Of a stretch of DNA of 49,850 nucleotides, positions 10,039 through 19,719 are shown in pieces. Numbering within the stretch: the first letter of the stretch is position 1; every line of letters starts with the position of its first letter. The translations under genes and the position numbers were made by a program. This DNA is from Minisyncoccota bacterium. GTDB lineage: Bacteria > Patescibacteriota > Minisyncoccia > Phycocordibacterales > UBA9973. The notes under the pieces are model-generated. The model was not told the DNA's origin and ran no database searches. It saw only the letters and a list, made by a program, of their open reading frames with translations. The DNA is taken from contig DATJJU010000010.1 in assembly GCA_035491955.1 (NCBI GenBank), positions 1-49,850 on the forward strand. Direction: 5' to 3'.

Positions 10039-10835
10039 GAAAGCGTAACAGCTCACTCATCAAGAGATCTCGCGCCGCAGATAATCGGGGCTTAAGTGTA
10101 TTACCGAATTTGAGGGCTCATGCATTAGCATGAGCGGTAGGAGAGTATTCCACTCTAGCAGTGAAGCCAAAGACGTGAGTCATGGTGGAGCGTGTGGAAG
10201 TAAGAATGTTGGCACAAGTAACCGCAAGCAGGGTGAGATCCCCTGCCGCCGAAACACTAAGGTTTCCTGGGCAACGGTAATCGTCCCAGGGTTAGTCGGG
10301 TCCTAAGGCAATGGTGAAAACCGCAGTCGATGGACACAGGGTTAATATTCCCTGACTTCTGTAGTATTCGATGGAGTGACGAAGAGTAGTAGTATGAGCC
10401 GGTTATTGGATTCCGGTAGGCAACTCGCATGTGAAGGATAGGTAAATCCGTTCTTCTGACTTTAATGTCAACACCAGGGTTGTCTCGTGCAGAGGTACGC
10501 CGAAGCGAAGTCATGTGAGCACACTTCCGAGAAAAACTTCTAAGATTAGTACTATAGAACCCGTACCGTAAACCGACACAGGTAGTGAGGTCGAGTAGAC
10601 CAAGGCGAACGAGTAAGAGATCCCCAAGGAACTCGGCAAATAAGCAGCCGTAACTTCGGAATAAGGCTTCCCCTCAGCAATGGGGGGCGCAGCGAAAGTT
10701 TTCCTGGCAACTGTTTACCAAAAACACAGCTCCCTGCGAACTCGTAAGAGTATGTATAGGGGGTGACACCTGACCGATGCCAGAAGGTTAATTACGGGTG
10801 GTGCGATTATATCAAGCTGACTTGTACAAGCCCTG

Positions 10836-10870
<35 letters not shown>

Positions 10871-11124
10871 TCTACTATTGAAACTTATTTTCGATAGTAG
10901 AAGGACTGGGACTGTTATTCAGTCACGGTTGCATCAAAAAATGCAAAACAGTTTTTGTAAACAAATTAAAACAATAATCATTACATTTCTAGCTACCTAT
11001 CGCATAGTAATATGTGAATAGTCCAGACATGATCAACGAGAGACCAACGTCATGGGTCCCGGATCGTTCTTATAAATAAGAACGATCCGGGATTAAGATA
11101 GAGTCCTTCTGAGAGGAATAGAAG
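10871..11124 (+). mobile_element. 254-nt group I-like intron at 23S position L1931, ORF-less, apparently reduced
   Basis: Interrupts CCTAAGGT^AGCGAAATTCC; exon ends in U and intron ends in G; GAGAC and AAGATAGAGTCC (R/S-like), long P8-like hairpin, GAGA-loop P9. Confidence 0.8.
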
Positions 11125-11431
11125 AGCGAAATTCCTTGTCGGGTAAGTTCCGACGCGCACGAATGGTGTAATGACTGGGAAGCTGTCTCGGGGATTTGCT
11201 CGGTGAAAATACAGTACCGGTGAAGATGCCGGTTACCTGCAGTTAGACGAAAAGACCCCGGAAGCTTTACTATAGCTTGGTATTGGGTATGTTTGTGTAC
11301 TACGTAGCATAGGAAGGAGACTTTGAAGCGCCGATTTCGGTCCGCGTGGAGTCGTCAGTGAAATACTTCTTTGTACATGGGCATATTCTAACCCTGACGG
11401 AAAAAACGTTAGGGAACAGTGCCTGGTTGGT

Positions 11432-11472
<41 letters not shown>

Positions 11473-11725
11473 GTTCAAAGGTACGCTAGGCGCGAATGGA
11501 AACCGTGCCGATAGTGCAATGGCATAAGCGTGCTTGACTGTAAGACGGCCATGTCGAGCAGGTACGAAAGTAGAACATAGTGAACCGACAATTCGCATTA
11601 GATGCGGTTGAAGATTAACGGATAGAAGCTACTCCGGGGATAACAGGCTAGTTCCGCCTAAGAGTTCATATCGACGGCGGAGTTCGGCACCTCGATGTCG
11701 GCTCACCTTATCCCGGGGCTGGAGA

Positions 11726-11758
<33 letters not shown>

Positions 11759-11785
11759 AAGGTACGCGAGCTGGGTTCAGACCGT

Positions 11786-12298
11786 CCTGAAGCTGATCAT
11801 GTTTACATAATCGGCTGAAGGATCGTCTGAATCCCATGAGGAAAATTTTTTAATTATTTTTAATGAAATAAAAAATAATGTTAGGTCTTTTCGTCTAATA
11901 AAAGTAAAGCTTGCAAGTATTACCAAATATTTGTAAGAGAAAGATAGTATAAATGAAACCAATACTTATTACGGCGGTCTCATACAGCAATGTATGACGA
12001 CATGCTCAACTAATATCGGAGAAACCCGCCAACGGCGGGCAACACCGAGGGAAGTATGGTTTGTGAATTTCATAGAGGATTTATTCCTTAAAAAGTGTCT
12101 GTTAGCTCAATTTGGGTAGAGCAGTGGTTTTTGGTACCATTGATATGGGTTCGAGTCCTGTACAGGCAGCTTAGGCAAATTATTTAATTTGCCTCTTCTA
12201 TGAAATTCATAAACTAATACACCCGTAGAGACTGAATGTTGAGATTCCCTCTGGGAATAAGTTACAGTCCATTCCATACAGTAATGTGTGAAAAGAAG
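11786..12298 (+). mobile_element. 513-nt group I intron at 23S position L2593, no homing endonuclease, contains a tRNA
   Basis: Interrupts AGACCGT^CGTAAGACAGG; U before and terminal G. P3 CTCAAC/GTTGAG, P4-P5 TCGGAGAAACCCGCC..GGCGGGCAACACCGAG, P7 GACTG/CAGTC, P8, GTAA-loop P9. Confidence 0.93.
12096..12169 (+). tRNA. tRNA-Gln(UUG) nested in the L2593 intron
   Basis: Acceptor TGTCTGT/ACAGGCA plus G73; D-arm GCTC/GAGC; anticodon stem GTGGT/ACCAT with loop TT-TTG-GT; T-arm ATGGG-TTCGAGT-CCTGT; no encoded CCA. Confidence 0.85.
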
Positions 12299-12678
12299 CG
12301 TAAGACAGGTTGGTCTCCTATCTACTGCAGGCGTCGATGATTGAGGAAATTCGCTCCTAGTACGAGAGGACCGGAGTGAACGAACCTCTGGTGTACGGGC
12401 TCTAGCGCCAGCTGGACTGTCCGGTAGCTATGTTCGGAATGGATAACCACTGAAAGCATCTAAGTGGGAAGCCAGTTCCAAGATTAGTCATCATTTGAGG
12501 GCCGTGAGAGATGATCACGTTGATAGGCATTAAGTGGAAGCGTAGCAATGCGTTGAGCTGAGATGTACTAATTGCCCGACTCCTATTAGGAAATCTGGAA
12601 ATCATGCCCGTATTTAATACGGACCAGAAACAAAAAACAAAATTCAAAAAACGAAAATAAACAAGCTTGAACGCTTTG

Positions 12679-12788
12679 TCTTGGTGGTTTGTCGCGAGGG
12701 TCACACCTTTTCCCATTTCGAACAGAGAAGTTAAGCCTCGTAGAACCGATGATAGTCTCTTGTAGGCAAAAGTAGGTAGCTGCCAGGA
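12679..12788 (+). rRNA. rrf: 5S rRNA
   Basis: TCTTGGTGG...CACC..TCCCATTTCGAACA.AGAAGTTAAGC...AGTAGGTAGCTGCCAGGA with paired ends. Confidence 0.95.
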
Positions 12789-12809
12789 CTAAGCGTTTAA
12801 GAATGTTTA

Positions 12810-12844
12810 ATAGAAAAACCGAAGATTTATCTTCGGTTTTTCTA
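12810..12844 (+). terminator. rRNA unit terminator
   Basis: TAGAAAAACCGAAGA-TTTA-TCTTCGGTTTTTCTA. Confidence 0.85.
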
Positions 12845-12916
12845 TTTCTCCACTGTTTTTTCTTATGGGGAAAAGGGCAATTGACAGAACTATTTCTAAA
12901 AGGGAAAATTTAGCAT

Positions 12917-14740
12917 ATGAAAAAATATATCGGTGCTGTCATCCTTGTTGCTGCTTTAATAGGAGTAGGTCTTACTACGCACGTGTTTAAGGGCGGTCTT
13001 ACTGCTATGGTGTCGCCTATAAGCGGCACTTCTACCGGAGCCTCTGGCATCAGTAGTCCAGTAACGAATCCTACTACCACTCCAGGGTTGGCTGCGCCTG
13101 TATCACATCTGCCTGCAGGATGTATTTCTACTACTGGCTATAGTTCTACTACTGGTCAGCCATGTAGCGGAGTACCTTCTACTCCAGGAACCTCTCTAAC
13201 TATTAACAGCGTTACTCCTATCTCTGGCCATCTTTCAACACAAGTCGGAGTAGGCGCATTAGATGAAGCTGTTGGCGACCTTCGCATCATTACTGGTGCG
13301 GGCGGTTCCGCAAAGCTTACTGGTGTATATGTATCGTTTTACAATCGCGGAAACGGGAGTCCTGCTCTCATCAACTATCTTTCAGCTGTCTCTATATGGC
13401 TTAATGGCGTAGAGATTGGAACTCTTCCTGCTACATCGTTGACACAGTCCAATAATCAATATTCTGCCTTAATTCCAGTATCGTCAGCAGTTCTTAATGC
13501 TTCTACTACAAATGATCTTATTGTGGCTGTTTCTGCACTTCCTGTTGTTAATAGTGCAAACCTTGGCGCAACAGCTAATACATGGGCCTTCGAAATATCA
13601 GGGGTTAATTACTCTGGAACCTCTGGCGATACGTATACTATGAATATTCCATCAAATTCACGATTTGATGGAGGTAACCTTGTTTCTGGTACACTTCAAT
13701 CATCTTTTATTGTCTCCCCAGCAAGCGTTCCTGCGACACCAACGCTGACAATCAGCAGAGATGCTAATGACTATAGTGATCATGTTGTATCAGGTCAGAC
13801 AACTACTTCTACGCAAAATATTACTCTTGCTCTTATAGATATTGCTGCTCAAAAATCAGCTATCACTATGACAAGTCTTCCAGTGCATCTTGCTGTAACA
13901 AACCCTGGAACAGGCGGCACCAATGCCAGTGCTGTCATTAAAACACTGCGTCTTTACAATAGTGCAGGCACACTCATTGATTCTGAAAGCGTGCCGACAG
14001 GGACCAATCCTCAAACAGTCTTTAAGCAGCTTTCGACTACTATTTCAGCAGGATCAACACAAGTCTTTACTATCAAGGGAGACCTTAGTCCTGTGGATGG
14101 CACTACTGTTGCAGCAGGATCAACTGCTCGCATTAGTATCACAGCTGCAGATACTACTGCTATATCAGCATATGACGCAAATAATAATGTGGTGAGAGGA
14201 TCGGCATCACTGCTAGGTACGGTTGCTGGTAGTACTATTACCTTTTATGTGAATGGTATCCAAGTAACATCTACTGCTTCATCCGGCACAGCTACTGCTT
14301 CATCTGTAGGCGGTTCGCAGACACATAGCACACTTGGCTTCACTATTCCGTTTTCTGTGACGGCATTTGGCAAGATTGCGTATGTACCGTCTGTTGCAGT
14401 TGCTGCGACTGGGGTAAGTGCAGTACATGGTATTCAGTTCTGTGTTGATACTCCTAGTGGTTCATGTCAGGCTGTAGGAAAGGGTGTTATCACCTATGCA
14501 GGGAGCGGCAGTCTCGCTGTAGATGCTAACGGCAATTACACTATTCCTGCAGGTCAAACAAAGAATTTCGTTATTCAAATTACCTCTACTGCGAGTACTA
14601 CCGGATCATATCGGGCATCATTGATTAATGTAAATTGGAATAATACTGATTCTTCATCTGCCTACATGACTTCTCCTACTACATCGAATGCATTCAAGAC
14701 AAACTATGTATCAGCGAATGGCGGTACTCCACTTCTCTAA
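12917..14740 (+). CDS. Secreted Ser/Thr-rich beta-sandwich-repeat surface protein (S-layer/adhesin-like)
   Basis: Signal anchor, LPAGCISTTGYSSTTGQPC motif, repeated TI.AG.T..F.I motifs. Confidence 0.65.
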   Translation: MKKYIGAVILVAALIGVGLTTHVFKGGLTAMVSPISGTSTGASGISSPVTNPTTTPGLAAPVSHLPAGCISTTGYSSTTGQPCSGVPSTPGTSLTINSVTPISGHLSTQVGVGALDEAVGDLRIITGAGGSAKLTGVYVSFYNRGNGSPALINYLSAVSIWLNGVEIGTLPATSLTQSNNQYSALIPVSSAVLNASTTNDLIVAVSALPVVNSANLGATANTWAFEISGVNYSGTSGDTYTMNIPSNSRFDGGNLVSGTLQSSFIVSPASVPATPTLTISRDANDYSDHVVSGQTTTSTQNITLALIDIAAQKSAITMTSLPVHLAVTNPGTGGTNASAVIKTLRLYNSAGTLIDSESVPTGTNPQTVFKQLSTTISAGSTQVFTIKGDLSPVDGTTVAAGSTARISITAADTTAISAYDANNNVVRGSASLLGTVAGSTITFYVNGIQVTSTASSGTATASSVGGSQTHSTLGFTIPFSVTAFGKIAYVPSVAVAATGVSAVHGIQFCVDTPSGSCQAVGKGVITYAGSGSLAVDANGNYTIPAGQTKNFVIQITSTASTTGSYRASLINVNWNNTDSSSAYMTSPTTSNAFKTNYVSANGGTPLL

Positions 14741-14780
14741 TTCGATTGACTCCTAAAATTGTACATGTAAAATCATTGTA

Positions 14781-15818
14781 ATGATTACTCCAGAATTACT
14801 CTCGTATATCCGTGCGGAATTAGCAAAAGGAAGAAATAAACAAGCAATACATGACGACTTGATTGCTGGCGGAGGATGGCTGACAGAGGATGTAGACGAA
14901 GCCTTTCGTGAGCTTGGTGGTGTGGTTCAGTCACAACCTGTACCAGCGCCAGTCCCTGAGCCAGTAGTCATCGCCCCGCAAACACCTGTAGATTTGCCAG
15001 TACAGCCCACTATCCCTGAAATACCAGATCCGCTGGCTCAGCCTATGAGCATGCCTGAGCCACAATCACTAGAAATACCGGGACCGGTTGCCCCTGCTGA
15101 GCCAGTAGTCATTGCTCCCGCAGCCCCTATCCCAGAACCAACCCCTGTTGTCGTACAGCCAACGATTGTTGTTCAGCCACAGATTGTACAGCCCGTCATT
15201 CAGCCTCAGCCAGCTCCTGCACCAGTGCAAGTTGTTCAAAAAAGAAAGCCGTATCTCTTTTCTGGAGTCGTGTTGTGTATTGCTTCAGGTATCGCATTAA
15301 TTATTTCTCTAGTTATTACTTCTAGTTCTGTCCTTAATGCGTTTCTTCTTGCTGTATTTCCACGAACATTTCTCGGACTTATTATTCCAGTATTTTTGAT
15401 TGTTGAAATAGTATTCGCATTGATCGGAGGATGGATCTTGGATCTTGTTACTCGATGGCTTGATATTCCTGAACCATCATGGCACAAAGGCGTGTATTGC
15501 ATGGGCTGGTTTACATTCATCGGTGCGCTGTTCAGTATCATCGAGATGCATGCCAAGCTTTCTCTTTCATTTGTACTTATATTGATACTGCTCGCTATTG
15601 GTCTTGGCGTACTTATTATTGTTGAGACATATCATATTCGTCCAGGCCGAGCTATTCTTGTCGGCATCATTATGTCAGTACTGATGGCAGTTGTTACTGG
15701 TATTCTCGGCGGCATCTTTTCTGTCATATTTACTTCTATGCAAAAATCCAACACCCCGCCAACTCCTATCATGGCCCCATCATCTACTATAAACACCATA
15801 AACACGTACCCTCAGTAA
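14781..15818 (+). CDS. Proline-rich membrane protein
   Basis: Small helical N-terminal domain, long Pro/Val/Gln linker with a duplicated EPVVIAP, about 5 C-terminal TM helices. Confidence 0.75.
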   Translation: MITPELLSYIRAELAKGRNKQAIHDDLIAGGGWLTEDVDEAFRELGGVVQSQPVPAPVPEPVVIAPQTPVDLPVQPTIPEIPDPLAQPMSMPEPQSLEIPGPVAPAEPVVIAPAAPIPEPTPVVVQPTIVVQPQIVQPVIQPQPAPAPVQVVQKRKPYLFSGVVLCIASGIALIISLVITSSSVLNAFLLAVFPRTFLGLIIPVFLIVEIVFALIGGWILDLVTRWLDIPEPSWHKGVYCMGWFTFIGALFSIIEMHAKLSLSFVLILILLAIGLGVLIIVETYHIRPGRAILVGIIMSVLMAVVTGILGGIFSVIFTSMQKSNTPPTPIMAPSSTINTINTYPQ

Positions 15819-15838
15819 ATTTGCTATACTAACAATAC

Positions 15839-16627
15839 ATGAATTGGGCACAACGCCGAAAGATAACGTACATTGCCATTATCCTGGCGACTATTGCTCT
15901 TGTGGCTTTTCTGATTATTCATAAAGCCACAGCAGTTGCCCCAAGTTGTTTCGATAACAAGCAAGATGGTACTGAAACAGGCATAGACTGCGGGGGCACG
16001 TGCAATACCTATTGTGCTGGACAGCTTTCGGACCCGATCGTTGAATGGGTGAGAGTCTTTCCTGTTACTCCTGGTATTTCCGATGCTATTGCATACATTC
16101 AACACAATCACCCTGTAGCAGGCGCAGAAAATGTCAGCTATGATTTCAAGCTCTACGATGCCAACAATACTATTCTGGCTGATCGTACTGGTACTACCTA
16201 TCTTGGTCCAGCAGGGCAGAGCGCTATTGTCGAAACGCTTATTCCTGTTGACAGCAGCAAGGTGACTATTGCTCGCTTCTCTTTCTTTGATCCTGTTCAC
16301 TGGCAAAAGATTTCGCCAGCCTTTTCTCAGATCGTTATCAATACTGATCAGCATAGTGTGGAAACATTTACTACCGGTTCTCAAAACAATACTCGCCTTG
16401 TAGCAGTATTGCAGAATCTTTCGCGCTATAACTTTACCAATCTTGATGCTATTGCCATCTTTTACGATAGCGACGGCAATGCCCTTACGACTTCCAAAGT
16501 CTTAGTACCGTCGCTCGGTGCCTTGCAAAATAGAACAGTGTATTTCACATGGCCGTATCAGATCAACAATATTGCTCGCACTGAGATCATTACTCGCTTC
16601 AATCCTTTCACTACGCAGTCTCTCTAA
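15839..16627 (+). CDS. Membrane-anchored protein with Cys-rich SCFD.KQ.G.ETG.DCGG.C motif
   Basis: N-terminal TM, Cys motif, beta-rich C-terminus; stop overlaps the rodA start. Confidence 0.75.
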   Translation: MNWAQRRKITYIAIILATIALVAFLIIHKATAVAPSCFDNKQDGTETGIDCGGTCNTYCAGQLSDPIVEWVRVFPVTPGISDAIAYIQHNHPVAGAENVSYDFKLYDANNTILADRTGTTYLGPAGQSAIVETLIPVDSSKVTIARFSFFDPVHWQKISPAFSQIVINTDQHSVETFTTGSQNNTRLVAVLQNLSRYNFTNLDAIAIFYDSDGNALTTSKVLVPSLGALQNRTVYFTWPYQINNIARTEIITRFNPFTTQSL

Positions 16628-17757
16628 TGAAAAAGTTTGCTGAACAAATAGACTGGGTACTGCTTATTGCTATCGTACCTATCATGCTTGGCGGTCTTGC
16701 GACAATGACATCCTTTAGCGCGCAAGCTGGCTTTTTCCTTAAGCAGGCCATGTGGCTTGGTGTCGGTATTGCGATCATGATTGCTCTTGCACGCAGTGAT
16801 ATGCGCTTCTTGCGCGACTCGCGTTATATCACGCTGTTTTATATCGCGTCTCTCGGCCTGCTACTACTTGTATTGATAGCAGGGAAGACAGTGAAGGGCG
16901 CAAAAAGCTGGTTTAGTTTCGGCTTCTTCTCATTTGAGCCAGCCGACTTGGTGAAGCTATTGGTCATTATGGTGCTGGCGAAATATTTTGCTCGTCGCCA
17001 TGTTGATATTGCGAGAGTGAAGCACCTCTTCATTTCTGTTGTATACGCATTCGTACCGATCGGTCTCATCATGCTTCAGCCTGACTTTGGATCGGCAATG
17101 GTTATTGCAGGGCTATGGCTCGGTATGTCATTGGTGGCAGGTATTTCCAAAAAACAAATCCTTATAATTGTCGGCGCATTTGCAGTCGTCTTTGCATTGA
17201 TGTGGGGCTTTGTCTTCAAGCCGTATCAAAAAGCTCGTATCGATACCTTCTTTAATCCGACCGCTGACGTACGAGGTCGAGGCTATAATGCTTATCAATC
17301 AGTGATTGCTGTTGGTTCGGGCGGTTTCCTCGGCAAAGGCTTAGGCTACGGTACGCAATCTCGCTTGAACTACTTGCCTGAGTATCAAACAGATTTCATA
17401 TTTGCAGCATTCGCAGAAGAATGGGGCTTTATCGGCGCGCTTATTATCATTGCGTGTTTTGTTGTCGTACTGTGGAGACTCATTGTGCATGCCCGGCGAG
17501 GTGCCTCGAACTTTGAAACATTGTTTTGTGCCGGCTTTGCATTGTTACTCTTCGAACATATTATTGTGAATATTGGCATGAACATCGGCATCATGCCGGT
17601 GACAGGAATTCCGCTGCCATTTATGAGCTATGGCGGATCGCATATTTTGGCAGAATGCGTTGGTCTCGGTATTATTCTTTCTATGAGCAAGTATGAGCGT
17701 GCCATGCATCCAGATGATATTAATAATGAGTTTATCGGCTATGCACAACCTTATTAG
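16627..17757 (+). CDS. rodA: SEDS peptidoglycan polymerase RodA/FtsW
   Basis: GAKSW, QPDFGSA, AVGSGG..GKG, LPEYQTDFIFA..AEEWG, PVTGIPLPFMSYGGS. Confidence 0.9.
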   Translation: MKKFAEQIDWVLLIAIVPIMLGGLATMTSFSAQAGFFLKQAMWLGVGIAIMIALARSDMRFLRDSRYITLFYIASLGLLLLVLIAGKTVKGAKSWFSFGFFSFEPADLVKLLVIMVLAKYFARRHVDIARVKHLFISVVYAFVPIGLIMLQPDFGSAMVIAGLWLGMSLVAGISKKQILIIVGAFAVVFALMWGFVFKPYQKARIDTFFNPTADVRGRGYNAYQSVIAVGSGGFLGKGLGYGTQSRLNYLPEYQTDFIFAAFAEEWGFIGALIIIACFVVVLWRLIVHARRGASNFETLFCAGFALLLFEHIIVNIGMNIGIMPVTGIPLPFMSYGGSHILAECVGLGIILSMSKYERAMHPDDINNEFIGYAQPY

Positions 17758-18301
17758 CATACTGAATACGCAGTCGTTCGAGTTCTTAAACAATGCTGCC
17801 GGCTACTACCATCCGCTCGATCTCTTTTTTGTATTCATCACTTCGTACGTCACAATGGCTTTTGTCGGCGTAGCTGTGCTTGTCTATTTTGTTTTCTACT
17901 TGCCTGCAAAAGCAGAAGAAGGCTGGCTACGAATCCAAGCATTTAAAAATGCCTGGAAAGTTATTGTGGGGGTATTTCTGGCATGGCTTTTCACTAATAT
18001 CTTGAAAGTGATAGTGGCATTTCCTCGCCCGTTTCAAACACTGAAGCATCTGCATGTTCTTGTTAGCTTGCCAGAAAGTTATTCCTTTCCCTCTGCACAC
18101 GCTGCGGTAACAATGGCGCTGGCAACTGGCGTGTATTTTTATAGAAGAAGGCTAGGGGAGTTATTGTTTATTTTTGCATTTGCTGTCGGACTTGCGCGCA
18201 TCTATGTCGGTGTTCATTATCCGCTTGATGTCGGTGTCGGTTTTTTGATCGGCTATCTTATTCCAAAATTACTGCATATAAAAAGAGAGGTTGTCAAATA
18301 A
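17741..18301 (+). CDS. PAP2-family phosphatase (undecaprenyl-diphosphatase-like)
   Basis: K...FPRP, SFPSAH, ARIYVGVHYPLDV; start probably Met 17741. Confidence 0.9.
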   Translation: MHNLISILNTQSFEFLNNAAGYYHPLDLFFVFITSYVTMAFVGVAVLVYFVFYLPAKAEEGWLRIQAFKNAWKVIVGVFLAWLFTNILKVIVAFPRPFQTLKHLHVLVSLPESYSFPSAHAAVTMALATGVYFYRRRLGELLFIFAFAVGLARIYVGVHYPLDVGVGFLIGYLIPKLLHIKREVVK

Positions 18302-18362
18302 GGCTCGTATTGTTTTTAAGATCAAAAAAGGCTAGAATACGCACCATATAACCAATATATTT

Positions 18363-19715
18363 ATGTTAAAGAAGAGAATTACTGCAATTGTTGTTTTATT
18401 AGTTGGTATTGCTCTAGGATGGATGGTCTTTCGCTCTCAAGAAGCGAATCCTCCACACTTCCTCGCTCGCTACCCATTCCGTCTCGGACTTGATTTGTCA
18501 GGCGGTAGTCATCTTATTTATGAGGCTGACGTTAGCCAGATTCCCGCCAGTCAGATTGATAACTCCATGGCATCCGTTCGTGATGTTATTGAACGTCGCG
18601 TGAATGCGTTCGGTGTTTCAGAGCCAGTGGTGCAGGTACAGAATGGCGGCTTTGGTGCAGTGAATACCCACCAGCTTTCTATTGAGTTGCCAGGCGTGAC
18701 CGATATTACCAAAGCGGAAGAACAGATCGGTCAGACTCCTTTCCTTGAATTCAAGGTTCAGTCAGACAAGCCAATGGCTCCACAGAATATCGTTATCGGT
18801 CCTGATGGCAAAGCAAGTACCAATATTGATGTCAGCAATCAGTTTGTTTCGACAGGCTTGAACGGCAAATATTTGAAACAAGCGCAGCTTGTCTTTGCTC
18901 AAGGCACCAATGAACCAACTGTCAGCCTTCAATTTGACTCAGAGGGTACAAAACTCTTCGCTCAGATCACCAAAGATAATATTGGCAAAGTTGTTGCTAT
19001 CTATCTCGATGGACAAGTTATCTCTGCCCCTGTCGTGCGCGATGCTATCACTAATGGTACTGCTGTTATTTCCGGCAGCTTCACCCCTGAACAAGCGCGT
19101 GAATTGGTGAGCAGTTTGAACTCCGGTGCTTTGCCTGTACCGATTCATCTCATCTCTACAGAAACTGTTGGCGCAACACTTGGCTCACAGGCAGTGCATG
19201 CAGGAGAAATGGCAGCTATCATCGGCTTCATTATTGTCGGACTCTTCCTCTTGGCATGGTATCGCTTACCTGGCTTGGTAGCAGTCATTGCATTGGCCCT
19301 CTATGTTGTTATTACTCTTGCTCTCTACAAGCTTATCCCTGTAACATTGTCTGCTGCAGGTATTGCAGGCTTCATTATCTCGATTGGTATGGCAGTGGAT
19401 GCCAATATCTTGATATTCGAACGAGCGCGTGAAGAGCGTATTCGCGGTCGTGCCATAGGAGAGGCCCTAAGCGCAGGCTTTCAGCGTGCGTGGACATCTA
19501 TCCGCGATGCAAACATTTCAAGTATCATCATTGCGCTGATCTTGTACTTCTTCGGCAGCTCATTGATCAAAGGCTTTGCATTGACCTTCGGTCTTGGTGT
19601 GCTTATCAGTCTTTTGTCTGCCATCACCATTACTCGTCTCTTCCTTCAGGCTTTGCCAACTCCAAAAGGCAACAAGTCTTTCATCTTTAGTAGCGGTTTT
19701 ACCACTAAAAAATAA
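18363..19715 (+). CDS. secD: Protein translocase subunit SecD
   Basis: LGLDLSGG, IERRVNAFGVSEP, GMAVDANILIFER. Confidence 0.97.
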   Translation: MLKKRITAIVVLLVGIALGWMVFRSQEANPPHFLARYPFRLGLDLSGGSHLIYEADVSQIPASQIDNSMASVRDVIERRVNAFGVSEPVVQVQNGGFGAVNTHQLSIELPGVTDITKAEEQIGQTPFLEFKVQSDKPMAPQNIVIGPDGKASTNIDVSNQFVSTGLNGKYLKQAQLVFAQGTNEPTVSLQFDSEGTKLFAQITKDNIGKVVAIYLDGQVISAPVVRDAITNGTAVISGSFTPEQARELVSSLNSGALPVPIHLISTETVGATLGSQAVHAGEMAAIIGFIIVGLFLLAWYRLPGLVAVIALALYVVITLALYKLIPVTLSAAGIAGFIISIGMAVDANILIFERAREERIRGRAIGEALSAGFQRAWTSIRDANISSIIIALILYFFGSSLIKGFALTFGLGVLISLLSAITITRLFLQALPTPKGNKSFIFSSGFTTKK

Positions 19716-19719
19716 GTAT

